Positions 30,590 through 40,485 of a stretch of DNA of 64,000 nucleotides are shown piece by piece; the first letter of the stretch is position 1; every line of letters starts with the position of its first letter. Made by a program: the position numbers and the translations under genes. The stretch lies in assembly GCA_965208615.1 (NCBI GenBank), contig CBDBPB010000007.1, positions 64,001 to 128,000 on the forward strand, in the 5' to 3' direction. Under the pieces are notes generated by a model. That model did no database searches. It worked only from the letters and a program-made list of their open reading frames with translations, and had not been told where the DNA came from. Source of the stretch: Spirochaetota bacterium. GTDB taxonomy: Bacteria; Spirochaetota; UBA6919; CBDBPB01.

Positions 30590-31438
30590 ATGGATATAGT
30601 TATGAAAAAAGCTTTCATAGATAGTAACAAGCCCATTAACCATAATAATAAAAATAGTAACTCTTATGACCTAGAGGGTAATAGGAAGTTAGGCGAAGAG
30701 TGGATAAACTGGGATGGACGTATAACAGATAATAGTATTATTTATGATTCAAGAAAGAGTATTTTTCTTATTTTTGCATTTGTGGTAATTATTATGTTTA
30801 ACCTAGCTATGTATGCTGGCTATTATTTAGTTATCCCTAGGCTTGAAGAGTTTAACGTATACTTTCCCTCTATTCTATTGTTTTTTTTGATATTGATTAC
30901 TATCTATTTATTGTTTTGGTATATTATTATACTTATTACCTCCTATACTAGCATTAAGCTTTCTTATTTGGATAAGGGTAATCGTTTGTTAATAGGTTTT
31001 CTGTTGGATATGGTTTTTAAGTTAGGAGGCCTAATAGGCTATTCTAGGGATAAATTAGGTAATTCTTTTATAAAGGTATCCAATAATTTTATTAGGAGTA
31101 CTAAAAAGCTTGGTTTAAAAGAGCGGATATTACTACTCTTACCCAGATGTTTGACTAAAAACTCATATAAAGAGATTAAACAGATTAGCAAAGAGTTTGC
31201 TATTGAGATGGCTGTATGTACTGGTGGAGAGGTCGCTAGACTCAAAATTAAAAAATATAAGCCTAGTGCTGTTATTGGTGTTGCCTGCGAGAGGGATTTA
31301 GTTAGTGGTATTAGGGATGTTAGTGGAAAGATTGCTGTTCTTGGTATACCTAACATACGTCCAGAAGGTCCTTGTAGGAATACTTATATTAATTTTGATC
31401 TTTTAAGGACATGTATAAAGTTTTATTTGGGTCAATAG
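30590..31438 (+). CDS. DUF116-family membrane protein
   Basis: Two N-terminal TM helices; LLLLPRCL, TGGEVAR, IGVACERDL and NIRPEGPCRNT. Confidence 0.85.
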   Translation: MDIVMKKAFIDSNKPINHNNKNSNSYDLEGNRKLGEEWINWDGRITDNSIIYDSRKSIFLIFAFVVIIMFNLAMYAGYYLVIPRLEEFNVYFPSILLFFLILITIYLLFWYIIILITSYTSIKLSYLDKGNRLLIGFLLDMVFKLGGLIGYSRDKLGNSFIKVSNNFIRSTKKLGLKERILLLLPRCLTKNSYKEIKQISKEFAIEMAVCTGGEVARLKIKKYKPSAVIGVACERDLVSGIRDVSGKIAVLGIPNIRPEGPCRNTYINFDLLRTCIKFYLGQ

Positions 31439-31461
31439 TTTTGGTTTAATAGGGGCAGAAA

Positions 31462-32358
31462 TTGATTAAGCAGGTATTATATGAAAAGGGCTTACTTGTT
31501 GAACAGTATATAGATAATCACTTACCAAAAGAGACTGAAAAGCCAAGTATTATTTTTAAGGCAATGAGATATAGTATTTTTGCTGGGGGTAAGAGAATTA
31601 GACCTATACTTAGTTTATTGGTTAATGATATGATTGGCGGTGATGAGTATAAATTACTTCCTTGTGCATGTGCTATTGAGCTTATACATACATATTCACT
31701 TATTCATGATGATTTACCTTCTATTGATAATGATGACTATAGACGGGGAAAGTTTACTTGTCATAAGCGCTTTGGGGAGGCTACTGCTGTTTTAGCAGGT
31801 GATGCACTTTTAACATTAGCTTTTCAGTGGATTAGTTTTACTGATCAGCGTCCTAAGGTTATTGTTGACATTATTAGAGAGTTAGCTGTGGCATCTGGTA
31901 TTAGGGGAATGATAGCTGGTCAGGTTGCTGATTTAGAAGCAGAGGGCTTATTAAAAAAAAACTCTTTGGATAAGCCTAATATTGAAGAGGAACTTAAATA
32001 TATACATACAAATAAGACTGCCGCATTAATTAGGGCATCTGTTGTAGTTGGGGCATATTCTGCTGGTGCTGAAGAGGATGACGTTAAAATCTGTAGGATA
32101 TTTGGTTCATTAATTGGTTTAGCATTTCAGATTGCTGATGATATTTTAGATATTGAAGGGGATATAGAGGGCTTAGGTAAGGCTGTTGGAAAGGATCATG
32201 AACATAATAAGCTTACCTATCCTGCATTATATGGTTTAGATAGTTCTAAGGAAAAGGCAAAGGAATTGATATTAGAGGCTAAGGATGTTATAAGCTCATT
32301 TGATAATAGTTTATTGCTTAGTCAGTTAGCCGATTTGATAATAAACAGAGCTAATTAA
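31462..32358 (+). CDS. ispA: Farnesyl/geranylgeranyl diphosphate synthase
   Basis: GGKRIRP, FARM LIHDDLPSIDNDDYRRG, KT and SARM FQIADDILD. Confidence 0.95.
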   Translation: MIKQVLYEKGLLVEQYIDNHLPKETEKPSIIFKAMRYSIFAGGKRIRPILSLLVNDMIGGDEYKLLPCACAIELIHTYSLIHDDLPSIDNDDYRRGKFTCHKRFGEATAVLAGDALLTLAFQWISFTDQRPKVIVDIIRELAVASGIRGMIAGQVADLEAEGLLKKNSLDKPNIEEELKYIHTNKTAALIRASVVVGAYSAGAEEDDVKICRIFGSLIGLAFQIADDILDIEGDIEGLGKAVGKDHEHNKLTYPALYGLDSSKEKAKELILEAKDVISSFDNSLLLSQLADLIINRAN

Positions 32359-32421
32359 TATTTTATAATATAGAAATATTTTTATTAGATTTATAATGGC
32401 AGTTTAACTTGGAGTTTATTT

Positions 32422-34302
32422 ATGGGGTTATTAAATCAGATAGATAATCCGCAGGACTTAAAAAGGTTTAATCCAAAAGATTTACCTATTCTGAGTAAAG
32501 AAATTAGAGAATTTATTAAGTTAATCGTATTCGAAAATGGTGGTCATCTTGCATCCAATCTTGGAGTAGTAGAGCTTACCATTGCACTACATTACGTTTT
32601 TGACTTCTTAGTGGATAGTTTAATTTTTGATGTTAGTCATCAATGTTATACGCATAAAATATTGACTGGCAGAAGAAAGGTATTTAATACCTTAAGACAA
32701 TTAAATGGTATTACAGGATTTACTAGTAAAAAAGAGAGTCCTTATGATATGTTTACTACTGGTCATGCAGGGACATCTATATCTACTGCACTTGGTATAT
32801 CAGCCGCAAAGCGTCTTAGGGGTGATAATAGTAAAACTATTGTTATTATAGGGGATGCCTCTATTGGTACAGGAATGGCTTTTGAGGCTCTTAATCATGC
32901 AGGACATATTGGGGAAAACTTAATTGTTATATTAAATGATAATGAGATGTCTATTGCAGAGACTGTTGGATCATTATCTACATATTTAGCTAAGGTACGC
33001 CTAGCACCTGTTTATAAGGACATGAAGCGTGAGTTTATACATTTAATTGATAAGATACCAAAATCAATGCGTAATCTTGTAAGGGATAAAATCCTTTTTT
33101 TAACTGAGTCTGTAAAAAGGCATATACACGAAGGACACTTATTTCAAGAGTTAAACTTTAATTATTATGGTCCTTTTGACGGCCATGATATACCAGTATT
33201 ACTAAAGGTTTTTAATACTGCTAATGACGTTAAAGGCCCTATACTACTCCATATCCTCACTGAGAAAGGAAGGGGATGTAATAGAGCAGTGAGTGATCCC
33301 GAAAAATATCATGGTATATCTCCTTCGGTTATTGATAAAGGTGGTACTACTAAAGTCTCTTTTACGGATGCATTTAGTAATTCTTTGATAGAGCTTGCTA
33401 ATAAGGATGAGAGAATTGTAGCTATTACTGCCGCTATGCCTGGGGGGACAGGCTTATCTAATTTTCAGAAAGTATTTCCTGATAGATATTTTGATACTGG
33501 AATCTGTGAACAGCATGCCATAGGATTAGCATCTGGATTAAGTATTATGGGTCAGAAGGTGGTATGTGCTATATACTCTACTTTTTTGCAAAGGGCTTAT
33601 GATCAGGTTTTTCAGGAGTTATGTCTTAATAATATTAATGTGGTATTGGTAATGGATCGTGCAGGGGTTGTTGGAGAGGATGGTGCAACACATTCTGGTG
33701 TTTTTGACATTGCTTATTTACGAACATTACCAAATATTGTTTTGATGTCGCCTAAGGATGGCTATGAGCTTAAAGAAATGCTTAAGTTTGCCCTTAGGAT
33801 TAATTATCCTGTTGGTATACGTTTTCCTCGTGGATATTGTAGTAATGCCTTTAAGGATATGGGTTTTAAGCCTATTGAGCTGGGAAAGGCAGAGCTATTA
33901 AGGGAGGGAGATGACCTTATACTAATTGGATATGGAACAATGACTGAGATTTGTTTTGAGGTTGCTAATAGGCTTACAGAGTTTAATATTGAGTCTAGTG
34001 TAATTAATCCTAGATTTGCAAAGCCTCTTGATAAAGAATTAATTTATGAGTTACTTGATAAAGAAAAGCCTATTTTGCTTGTGGAAGAGCATAGTATTGT
34101 TGGTGGCTTTGGTTCGGCTGTTTTAGAGATTGCTAATAGTATTGGTAAGGATACTTCAAATATTCATATAATAGGTATACCTGATCAATTTACTGATCAC
34201 GGAAATAGAGAACAACTTCTTTCAAGGCTTGGTTTGGATGTGGATGGTATTATATCATTTGTTAAGTCTATTTTGTCTATTGAAGAGTCAGTAAGGGTTT
34301 AA
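32422..34302 (+). CDS. dxs: 1-deoxy-D-xylulose-5-phosphate synthase
   Basis: GGHLASNLGVVELT, GHAGTSIS, TPP motif GDA...NDN and DRAGVVGEDGATH. Confidence 0.97.
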   Translation: MGLLNQIDNPQDLKRFNPKDLPILSKEIREFIKLIVFENGGHLASNLGVVELTIALHYVFDFLVDSLIFDVSHQCYTHKILTGRRKVFNTLRQLNGITGFTSKKESPYDMFTTGHAGTSISTALGISAAKRLRGDNSKTIVIIGDASIGTGMAFEALNHAGHIGENLIVILNDNEMSIAETVGSLSTYLAKVRLAPVYKDMKREFIHLIDKIPKSMRNLVRDKILFLTESVKRHIHEGHLFQELNFNYYGPFDGHDIPVLLKVFNTANDVKGPILLHILTEKGRGCNRAVSDPEKYHGISPSVIDKGGTTKVSFTDAFSNSLIELANKDERIVAITAAMPGGTGLSNFQKVFPDRYFDTGICEQHAIGLASGLSIMGQKVVCAIYSTFLQRAYDQVFQELCLNNINVVLVMDRAGVVGEDGATHSGVFDIAYLRTLPNIVLMSPKDGYELKEMLKFALRINYPVGIRFPRGYCSNAFKDMGFKPIELGKAELLREGDDLILIGYGTMTEICFEVANRLTEFNIESSVINPRFAKPLDKELIYELLDKEKPILLVEEHSIVGGFGSAVLEIANSIGKDTSNIHIIGIPDQFTDHGNREQLLSRLGLDVDGIISFVKSILSIEESVRV

Positions 34303-34320
34303 TAAGTTAAAGAGAGGTTT

Positions 34321-36384
34321 ATGGGTTTATTCCAAAAGCAATTAGGGTTATATTTAATTGAGAGCAAACTATTTAATAAGATAGTTTTATGGAAGCATTA
34401 TTATACTAAAGAGAAGGAGTTATATAATGCTAAGGTTAACAGGTTTTTGTCATCTTTGGGTAGTAGGTTAGCTATTAAAAAAGATAAGGCTAGTTTGTTT
34501 AATCATAAATCAATGGATAAGCTAAGTCGCTCTATAGATAAAGGAAAGGACTTTTTATTATCTATTAGGGAACATGGATTATATTGGAATGGTAAGTTAG
34601 AGTCTAATGTTGGGTTAAATGCACAATATATACTGTTAAAGAGGTTTATGGCTATTGACAGGGATATTTGTGAAGATGAAAAAATCATTAACTATATTAT
34701 TAAAAACCAAAACAAGGACGGAAGTTGGAGTATTTATAAAGGTGGAAAAGGTCATATTAGCTATAGTATTCTATCATATTTTGCTTTAAAGGTATTTGGC
34801 TATTCAAAAGATAGTCCTATTATGAAAAGGGCTAAAGATTACATTATCAATAGTGGCGGTATTATAAAAGCGAATGTAGAAACAAGATTTTGGCTTGCTA
34901 TATATGGACAATACCCTTGGAAAGGTTTACCTCCTATTCCTGTTCAGATTATGTTAGCGCCCCTTAGTTTTACTTTTTCTATTTATAACATATCTTATTG
35001 GTGTAGAACGTCTTTAGTGCCTATGTCTATTATTTATAATAAGAAAACCACTGTTGATATTGATATTTCTATTGATGAGCTTTATACCTATGATGTTGAT
35101 ATACATAAGATTACCTTTGATGCTAAGATATCAAGGTTATTTAGTCTTGAAAGCATACTTCTTCAGATGAGCAAGGTGGCAAAGGTTTTAGAAAAGGTAT
35201 CTATTGACATATTGGATAATATATCTATAAAAAAGGCTAAGGATTGGATTTTAAACCATCAAGATGAACAAGGTGATTGGGGGGGAATATATCCCGCTAT
35301 TCAGTATTCTGTTATGGCGCTTAAGGTTTTAGGTTATGATAATACTTATGGTCCTATAAAAAGGGGTTTAGAGGCTTTAAAGAGGCTTCAAATTGAGAGT
35401 AAGGATGATATTATGTTGTCCCCTTGCACCTCTCCTGTTTGGGATACTGCCTGGAGCTTAATAGCATTAAATAATATTCCTTATTCTGTTTGTGGTATTG
35501 ATAGTTCTGTTGAATGGTTATTTAGTAAGCAGATTTTTCGTGAGGGTGATTGGTGTATACGTAATCCTAATATCTTACCTGGAGGCTGGTCTTTTCAGTT
35601 TAACAATGATTTTTACCCCGATGTGGATGATACTGCTGTTGTACTCATGGCTATATTGCCAAACATAAAAAATGATAAACATAAAAATAGTGTTAAGGTT
35701 GGTATAAACTGGGTTTTGTCAATGCAGAACAGTGATGGTGGGTGGGGTGCTTTTGAGCGAAACGTAAATAAAGAAATTATGAATTATTTACCTATTAATG
35801 ATATTAAAAACTTCCTTGATCAGAGTACTTCTGATGTTACTGGTAGAGTGATAGAGCTTTTGGGAAAGTTAGACTTCTCTATTGAAGAGCCTATTATAAG
35901 AAGGGCTATAAACTTTATCAAAACTGAGCAGGAAAACTTTGGTGCATGGTATGGTAGATGGGGAGTTAATTATATTTATGGTACGTGGAGTGTAATTAGG
36001 GGATTAGTTAGTATTAAGGAGAATATCAATAGTGATTATATACAAAAGGCTATTGCTTGGTTAAAGGGCTGTCAAAACCCTGATGGGGGTTGGGGAGAGA
36101 GTTGTTTATCCTATGAGGATATTCGTTATGCTGGAAAAGGAGAGAGTACTCCAAGTCAGACTGCATGGGCATTGATGACCTTAGTTGATACTAATGAGGC
36201 TTATAGTGAATCTGTTAATAGGGCTATTGCTTATCTTTTATCTACTCAAAATAAAGAGGGCGGATGGGATGAAGAGTTATATACTGGAACAGGTTTTGAA
36301 AAGGCTTTTTATTTGAGATATGATTATTATTCATATTATTTTCCTATACTTGCTCTTGTTAGTTATTACAATAAAGTTAGTTAG
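34321..36384 (+). CDS. shc: Squalene--hopene cyclase
   Basis: Catalytic YPDVDDTA (DxDD), SPVWDTA, multiple QW repeats (QNKDGSW, QNSDGGW, QNPDGGW, QNKEGGW), WYGRWGVNYIYGT and TGF...YLRY. Confidence 0.93.
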   Translation: MGLFQKQLGLYLIESKLFNKIVLWKHYYTKEKELYNAKVNRFLSSLGSRLAIKKDKASLFNHKSMDKLSRSIDKGKDFLLSIREHGLYWNGKLESNVGLNAQYILLKRFMAIDRDICEDEKIINYIIKNQNKDGSWSIYKGGKGHISYSILSYFALKVFGYSKDSPIMKRAKDYIINSGGIIKANVETRFWLAIYGQYPWKGLPPIPVQIMLAPLSFTFSIYNISYWCRTSLVPMSIIYNKKTTVDIDISIDELYTYDVDIHKITFDAKISRLFSLESILLQMSKVAKVLEKVSIDILDNISIKKAKDWILNHQDEQGDWGGIYPAIQYSVMALKVLGYDNTYGPIKRGLEALKRLQIESKDDIMLSPCTSPVWDTAWSLIALNNIPYSVCGIDSSVEWLFSKQIFREGDWCIRNPNILPGGWSFQFNNDFYPDVDDTAVVLMAILPNIKNDKHKNSVKVGINWVLSMQNSDGGWGAFERNVNKEIMNYLPINDIKNFLDQSTSDVTGRVIELLGKLDFSIEEPIIRRAINFIKTEQENFGAWYGRWGVNYIYGTWSVIRGLVSIKENINSDYIQKAIAWLKGCQNPDGGWGESCLSYEDIRYAGKGESTPSQTAWALMTLVDTNEAYSESVNRAIAYLLSTQNKEGGWDEELYTGTGFEKAFYLRYDYYSYYFPILALVSYYNKVS

Positions 36385-36402
36385 TTTAAATCTTTATTTA
36401 GG

Positions 36403-38832
36403 TTATGCAGTTTTTGTTTTTTTTAAGAAGTCATCTGACTCTGAAAGATTTAGTGGATGACTAAAAAAATAGCCTTGTCCGTTATTGCAGTCCTTATTTA
36501 CTAAGTAATTAAGTTGATTTTTGTTTTCTATTCCCTCTGCCACTATATTTAGTGATAGATCGTGTCCTAAAGATATAATAGCAGTAACTATAGCCTTATT
36601 ATCAATATCCTTATCTATGTTTTTTAGGAATATCTTATCAATTTTTAGAGTGTCAATTGGGAACTTCTTTAGATAATTTAATGATGAATAACCAGTACCA
36701 AAGTCATCAATGGCGATTTTAATACCCATAGCCTTTAGCTCATTGAGATATTTAATAGTAGTGTCGACGTTTTTCATGATTACGCTTTCAGTAATTTCTA
36801 GTTCTAAGAACTTTCCATCAATGTGTTCATCGGCGAGTATCTTTTTTATTCTTTTTACAAGGTTCTTTTGTCTAAACTGCACTGCTGATAAATTAACTGC
36901 TATTGTTAAATTATTATATCCTTGTTTATGCCATGAAGCAAGTTGTCTACAAGCATTTCTTAATGTCCACTCGCCAATGGCAACGATAAAGCCTGACTCT
37001 TCAGCAAGGGGAATGAATACATTTGGTAAGATCAAGCCATATTTTGGTGAGTTCCATCGTAAAAGTGCCTCCATTCCAACAATTTTATTTGTTTTACAAT
37101 CAAACTGAGGCTGATAATATAGCTCTAGCTCCTTATTTTTCAAAACCTTATAGAGCTCTATTATTATAGTCATATGCTCTCGTGTTTTGCTATTTATCTC
37201 TTCAGAATAAAACTGATACTCATTTTTACCAGAATTCTTTGAATAATACATTGCTATATCTGACTTTTGCATAAGGACAGTTTTATTAGTACCATCAATA
37301 GGGTAGAGTGCTATTCCCACACAACAAGTAATAAACATTTCATATTTGTCTATGGTAAGAGAAGTGGATACATTTTTAATTATTTTACTTGCGATCTTTG
37401 CAACAGTCTTGGGATTATTAACATTAGTTATTATAATTGCAAACTCGTCTCCAGATAGCCTTGCTACGGTATCTGTTTCTCTAAATAGATTTTGTAGCCT
37501 ATATGCAGTTGTTTTCAAGAGCTGATCACCAACTGGATGTCCATAGGTATCATTAACTTTCTTAAAGTTATCGAGGTCAATTAGCATTAGTGCAACCATT
37601 CCATTTGTTCTTGAGGCATTTAATACTGCCTGATTGATTCGCTCATTGAATAAAGTTCTATTTGCTAATCCGGTTAGTGAGTCGTGGTATGCCAGGAAGT
37701 GAAGCTTTTTTTCAGCACTTTTTAAATGAGAAATATTTTTGATAATACCCTGATAACCAACAAGACAATGATTTTCATCAAATTGTGTACTTGACGTTAA
37801 AAGACATTGAACAATAGAATCGTTTCTTCTTTTCATATCAACTGCAAAGCCATTAACAACATCTTCTTTTTCTAGGGTATCTTTAAATTTTATCCAGTCT
37901 TCATTATTAAAAAATAACTTTTCAAGTTTTAATCCTAACATCTCATCATGACTATAACTAAAAAGTTTGACTCCAGCTTTGTTTATGTCATATATAACCT
38001 TATCTGGAGTGGTTAAATATATTACATCTTGCGAGTTTTCAAATAGCGTTCTATAACGTTTTTCGCTTTTTTTTAACTCTTCTTCGGCCTGCTTTCTTAG
38101 AGTAACATCTCTGGATATAACCAAAGCATGGGTAACTAAGTTGTTTTCATTAAAATATGGATAATAAATAATCTCGAAGCATCTTTTATCGTTACTGGCA
38201 AACTCAAACCATGCAAAATCATAAATTTCTTTTCCGCTAAAGCACTCATCTAAACACTTTTTAATAAATTTATAGGCTCTTTTCTTACCCCAAACCTCAA
38301 CTATGGTCTTACCTATAATCTCTTCTCTAGCTTTATTGGAGCCGATACAATAAGTATCATTAACAACTTCGTAAATATAATCCCGGTTTATTAATGACAT
38401 ACGTTCTTTTGAGTTGTTGATTAAAAATTCATAACGCTTCCAATTATTTTCTTGTTCTATATTTTTTGTTCTATCCAGCAGTACAACTAAATATACAGCC
38501 TTAGAGTTATTTTGATCTAGCTTAGAAAAAAGTAACTCTACCCATAAAGTTTCGTTGTTAGTCTTATTTATGCAGGTTTTTAAGTGATAATAGTTTCTTG
38601 GATTTTTTTCAAGTTCTGAAGTGAATTTGTACATCTTTTTAAAATAGTCAGTAGAAACTATATCCAAAATAGACAAGCTAGTTAACACATCAGAACTATA
38701 AGAGAGCTTAGTAATAAGCTTATCATTAAATGAGATAAACTTGCTTTTTTCATTAATAATAAACATTGGGATATGAGATTTCTCAACTATACTCTGATAT
38801 GGGTCTATAAAATCATACTTTAAAGGCTCCAC
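36403..38832 (-). CDS. Multi-PAS diguanylate cyclase/phosphodiesterase (PAS-GGDEF-EAL)
   Basis: Three PAS-like segments, HDSLTGLANR, RETD I-site, SGDEF active-site variant, EALLRW and DDFGTGYSS. Confidence 0.95.
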   Translation of the reverse strand: MEPLKYDFIDPYQSIVEKSHIPMFIINEKSKFISFNDKLITKLSYSSDVLTSLSILDIVSTDYFKKMYKFTSELEKNPRNYYHLKTCINKTNNETLWVELLFSKLDQNNSKAVYLVVLLDRTKNIEQENNWKRYEFLINNSKERMSLINRDYIYEVVNDTYCIGSNKAREEIIGKTIVEVWGKKRAYKFIKKCLDECFSGKEIYDFAWFEFASNDKRCFEIIYYPYFNENNLVTHALVISRDVTLRKQAEEELKKSEKRYRTLFENSQDVIYLTTPDKVIYDINKAGVKLFSYSHDEMLGLKLEKLFFNNEDWIKFKDTLEKEDVVNGFAVDMKRRNDSIVQCLLTSSTQFDENHCLVGYQGIIKNISHLKSAEKKLHFLAYHDSLTGLANRTLFNERINQAVLNASRTNGMVALMLIDLDNFKKVNDTYGHPVGDQLLKTTAYRLQNLFRETDTVARLSGDEFAIIITNVNNPKTVAKIASKIIKNVSTSLTIDKYEMFITCCVGIALYPIDGTNKTVLMQKSDIAMYYSKNSGKNEYQFYSEEINSKTREHMTIIIELYKVLKNKELELYYQPQFDCKTNKIVGMEALLRWNSPKYGLILPNVFIPLAEESGFIVAIGEWTLRNACRQLASWHKQGYNNLTIAVNLSAVQFRQKNLVKRIKKILADEHIDGKFLELEITESVIMKNVDTTIKYLNELKAMGIKIAIDDFGTGYSSLNYLKKFPIDTLKIDKIFLKNIDKDIDNKAIVTAIISLGHDLSLNIVAEGIENKNQLNYLVNKDCNNGQGYFFSHPLNLSESDDFLKKTKTA

Positions 38833-39045
38833 TATAATACTTGTCTCCTGAACATGGATAGTTTATTTTACTACTATCGTATGCAGAATAAAACACTTGT
38901 ATTAATACTAGGCAATTTATTTTAGTTAACTTTTTTCTATTTTTGATAAATTGTAGTATATTTATATAAAATTTATAAAGGTTACATAGACTGACTTATT
39001 GTTTAGTAGTCTTTTGCAAAAACTATAAAGTTAAAGGAGTATACT

Positions 39046-39222
39046 ATGAGTCAAGAGGATCAAATAATAGAAGCAATGAAAAATGCTGGCAAACCTCTAA
39101 AAAACGCTGAAATAGCCCAGCTAACAGGTATTGATAGCAAAGCTATTACCAAATTAATGAAATCCCTAAAGGATAATGGTAAAATTACATCTCCGAAAAG
39201 ATGTTATTATCAGCCTGTATAA
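39046..39222 (+). CDS. 58-aa winged-HTH protein (missing from the ORF track)
   Basis: AAGGAG RBS; translation MSQEDQIIEAMKNAGKPLKNAEIAQLTGIDSKAITKLMKSLKDNGKITSPKRCYYQPV. Confidence 0.85.
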   Translation: MSQEDQIIEAMKNAGKPLKNAEIAQLTGIDSKAITKLMKSLKDNGKITSPKRCYYQPV

Positions 39223-39258
39223 AAAATAAGTTTCTAATAACTAAAAAACTAATATTAT

Positions 39259-39282
39259 TAGCTTGAGGCAAGTCTCAGGCTA
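39259..39282 (+). terminator. Stem-loop after the small HTH gene (possible terminator or stabiliser)
   Basis: tagcttgag-gcaagt-ctcaggcta, 9-bp stem with one G-U pair; weak U tract. Confidence 0.4.
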
Positions 39283-39300
39283 TTAAATCTTTGTTTGTTA

Positions 39301-39900
39301 ATGGAGGATACTATCTCAAACTTTAATGGTATACATCATATAGCCTTAGCTACAAACGATATGGACAAAACTATAAGGTTCTGGAGAGACTTCCTAAAAC
39401 TTAAAATTGTTTTAACTAGCGGTAAACCAGGTGAAAAACAATATTTCTTTGAACTATCAAAAAATAATATGATAGCCTTTTTTGAGTGGCCTAATATAAA
39501 TAAATTTCCGTATAAGCGTCATGGAGAAAAATCGGATAAGCCGTTTATATTTGACCATTTATCTATTGGAGTTAATAGTTATAAAGAGTTAACCGAATTA
39601 CAAGATAGGCTAATAGAGGCTGAAATGCCAGTATCTAACATAATTGATCACGGATTTATATACTCTATTTATAGTTATGATCCGAATGCCATTCCCATAG
39701 AGTTTACCTACTCTAAAGAGAGTATCAATATTAGAGAAAACCCTGTTATGGGTGACCCTAATCCAAGTGGGATAACTCTAGAAGGTAATGTTCCACAAAA
39801 TAATATGTGGCCCACTCCAGAATATAGCTATAATGAAGAGGATCATCCCATTATAAAAGGCGAAGGGAGTGAGCTTTTTTCTAAAAATAAAACCAAATAA
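39301..39900 (+). CDS. VOC/glyoxalase family protein
   Basis: GIHHIALATNDMDKTIRFW, FDHLSIGV and DHGFIYSIYSYDPNAIPIEF. Confidence 0.9.
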   Translation: MEDTISNFNGIHHIALATNDMDKTIRFWRDFLKLKIVLTSGKPGEKQYFFELSKNNMIAFFEWPNINKFPYKRHGEKSDKPFIFDHLSIGVNSYKELTELQDRLIEAEMPVSNIIDHGFIYSIYSYDPNAIPIEFTYSKESINIRENPVMGDPNPSGITLEGNVPQNNMWPTPEYSYNEEDHPIIKGEGSELFSKNKTK

Positions 39901-39907
39901 ATAATAA

Positions 39908-40336
39908 CTATGTTCCTATCATAGCACTGGACTTAATTCTATTAAGCTCATCCATAAATAGGTCATGTTTTCGTTCATCCTCGAGTAAATACTTTAATAA
40001 CATCCTTGGTATTGGTAATTTTGTTTTGTTAACTGCATTTTCAGCTGTCTCAACCGCTGTTTTTTCGATGATTGAGTGCCTTTCTATAAAGCTGTCTATG
40101 ATTTTCATATCATCTTGATCAAAGGTAATAGTAGACTCAATATGTAGTCTAATACCCTCCAATATATGCTTATGTTTTACAGAATCCCTTTTTAAAAGAT
40201 CAATTAGGATTTGTACCATAGGATTTTTAGCTTGTTTAATAAGGTCATCAGCCATATTAATAGTGTTATCTTCTATGGTTATCCATCTTTGGATTAGGGT
40301 TTTAAACTCTTCTCTTTCTTGGGAAGCCTTATTCAT
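39908..40336 (-). CDS. Ferritin-like/rubrerythrin-like four-helix protein
   Basis: Duplicated E...(D/E)xxH pattern (IED...DSVKH; IEK...DERKH). Confidence 0.7.
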   Translation of the reverse strand: MNKASQEREEFKTLIQRWITIEDNTINMADDLIKQAKNPMVQILIDLLKRDSVKHKHILEGIRLHIESTITFDQDDMKIIDSFIERHSIIEKTAVETAENAVNKTKLPIPRMLLKYLLEDERKHDLFMDELNRIKSSAMIGT

Positions 40337-40485
40337 ATTATATACTCCTATTAGATTATATAAGTATATAGTATAACAAATAAAAAGCTAACACAGTTCC
40401 AGCATTTATCTTTGGGGACTTTTTATAGTATAAGAACTAAATAAATCCCATAATGATCTACTGATGTTAAGCCTAGAAGGATAAC

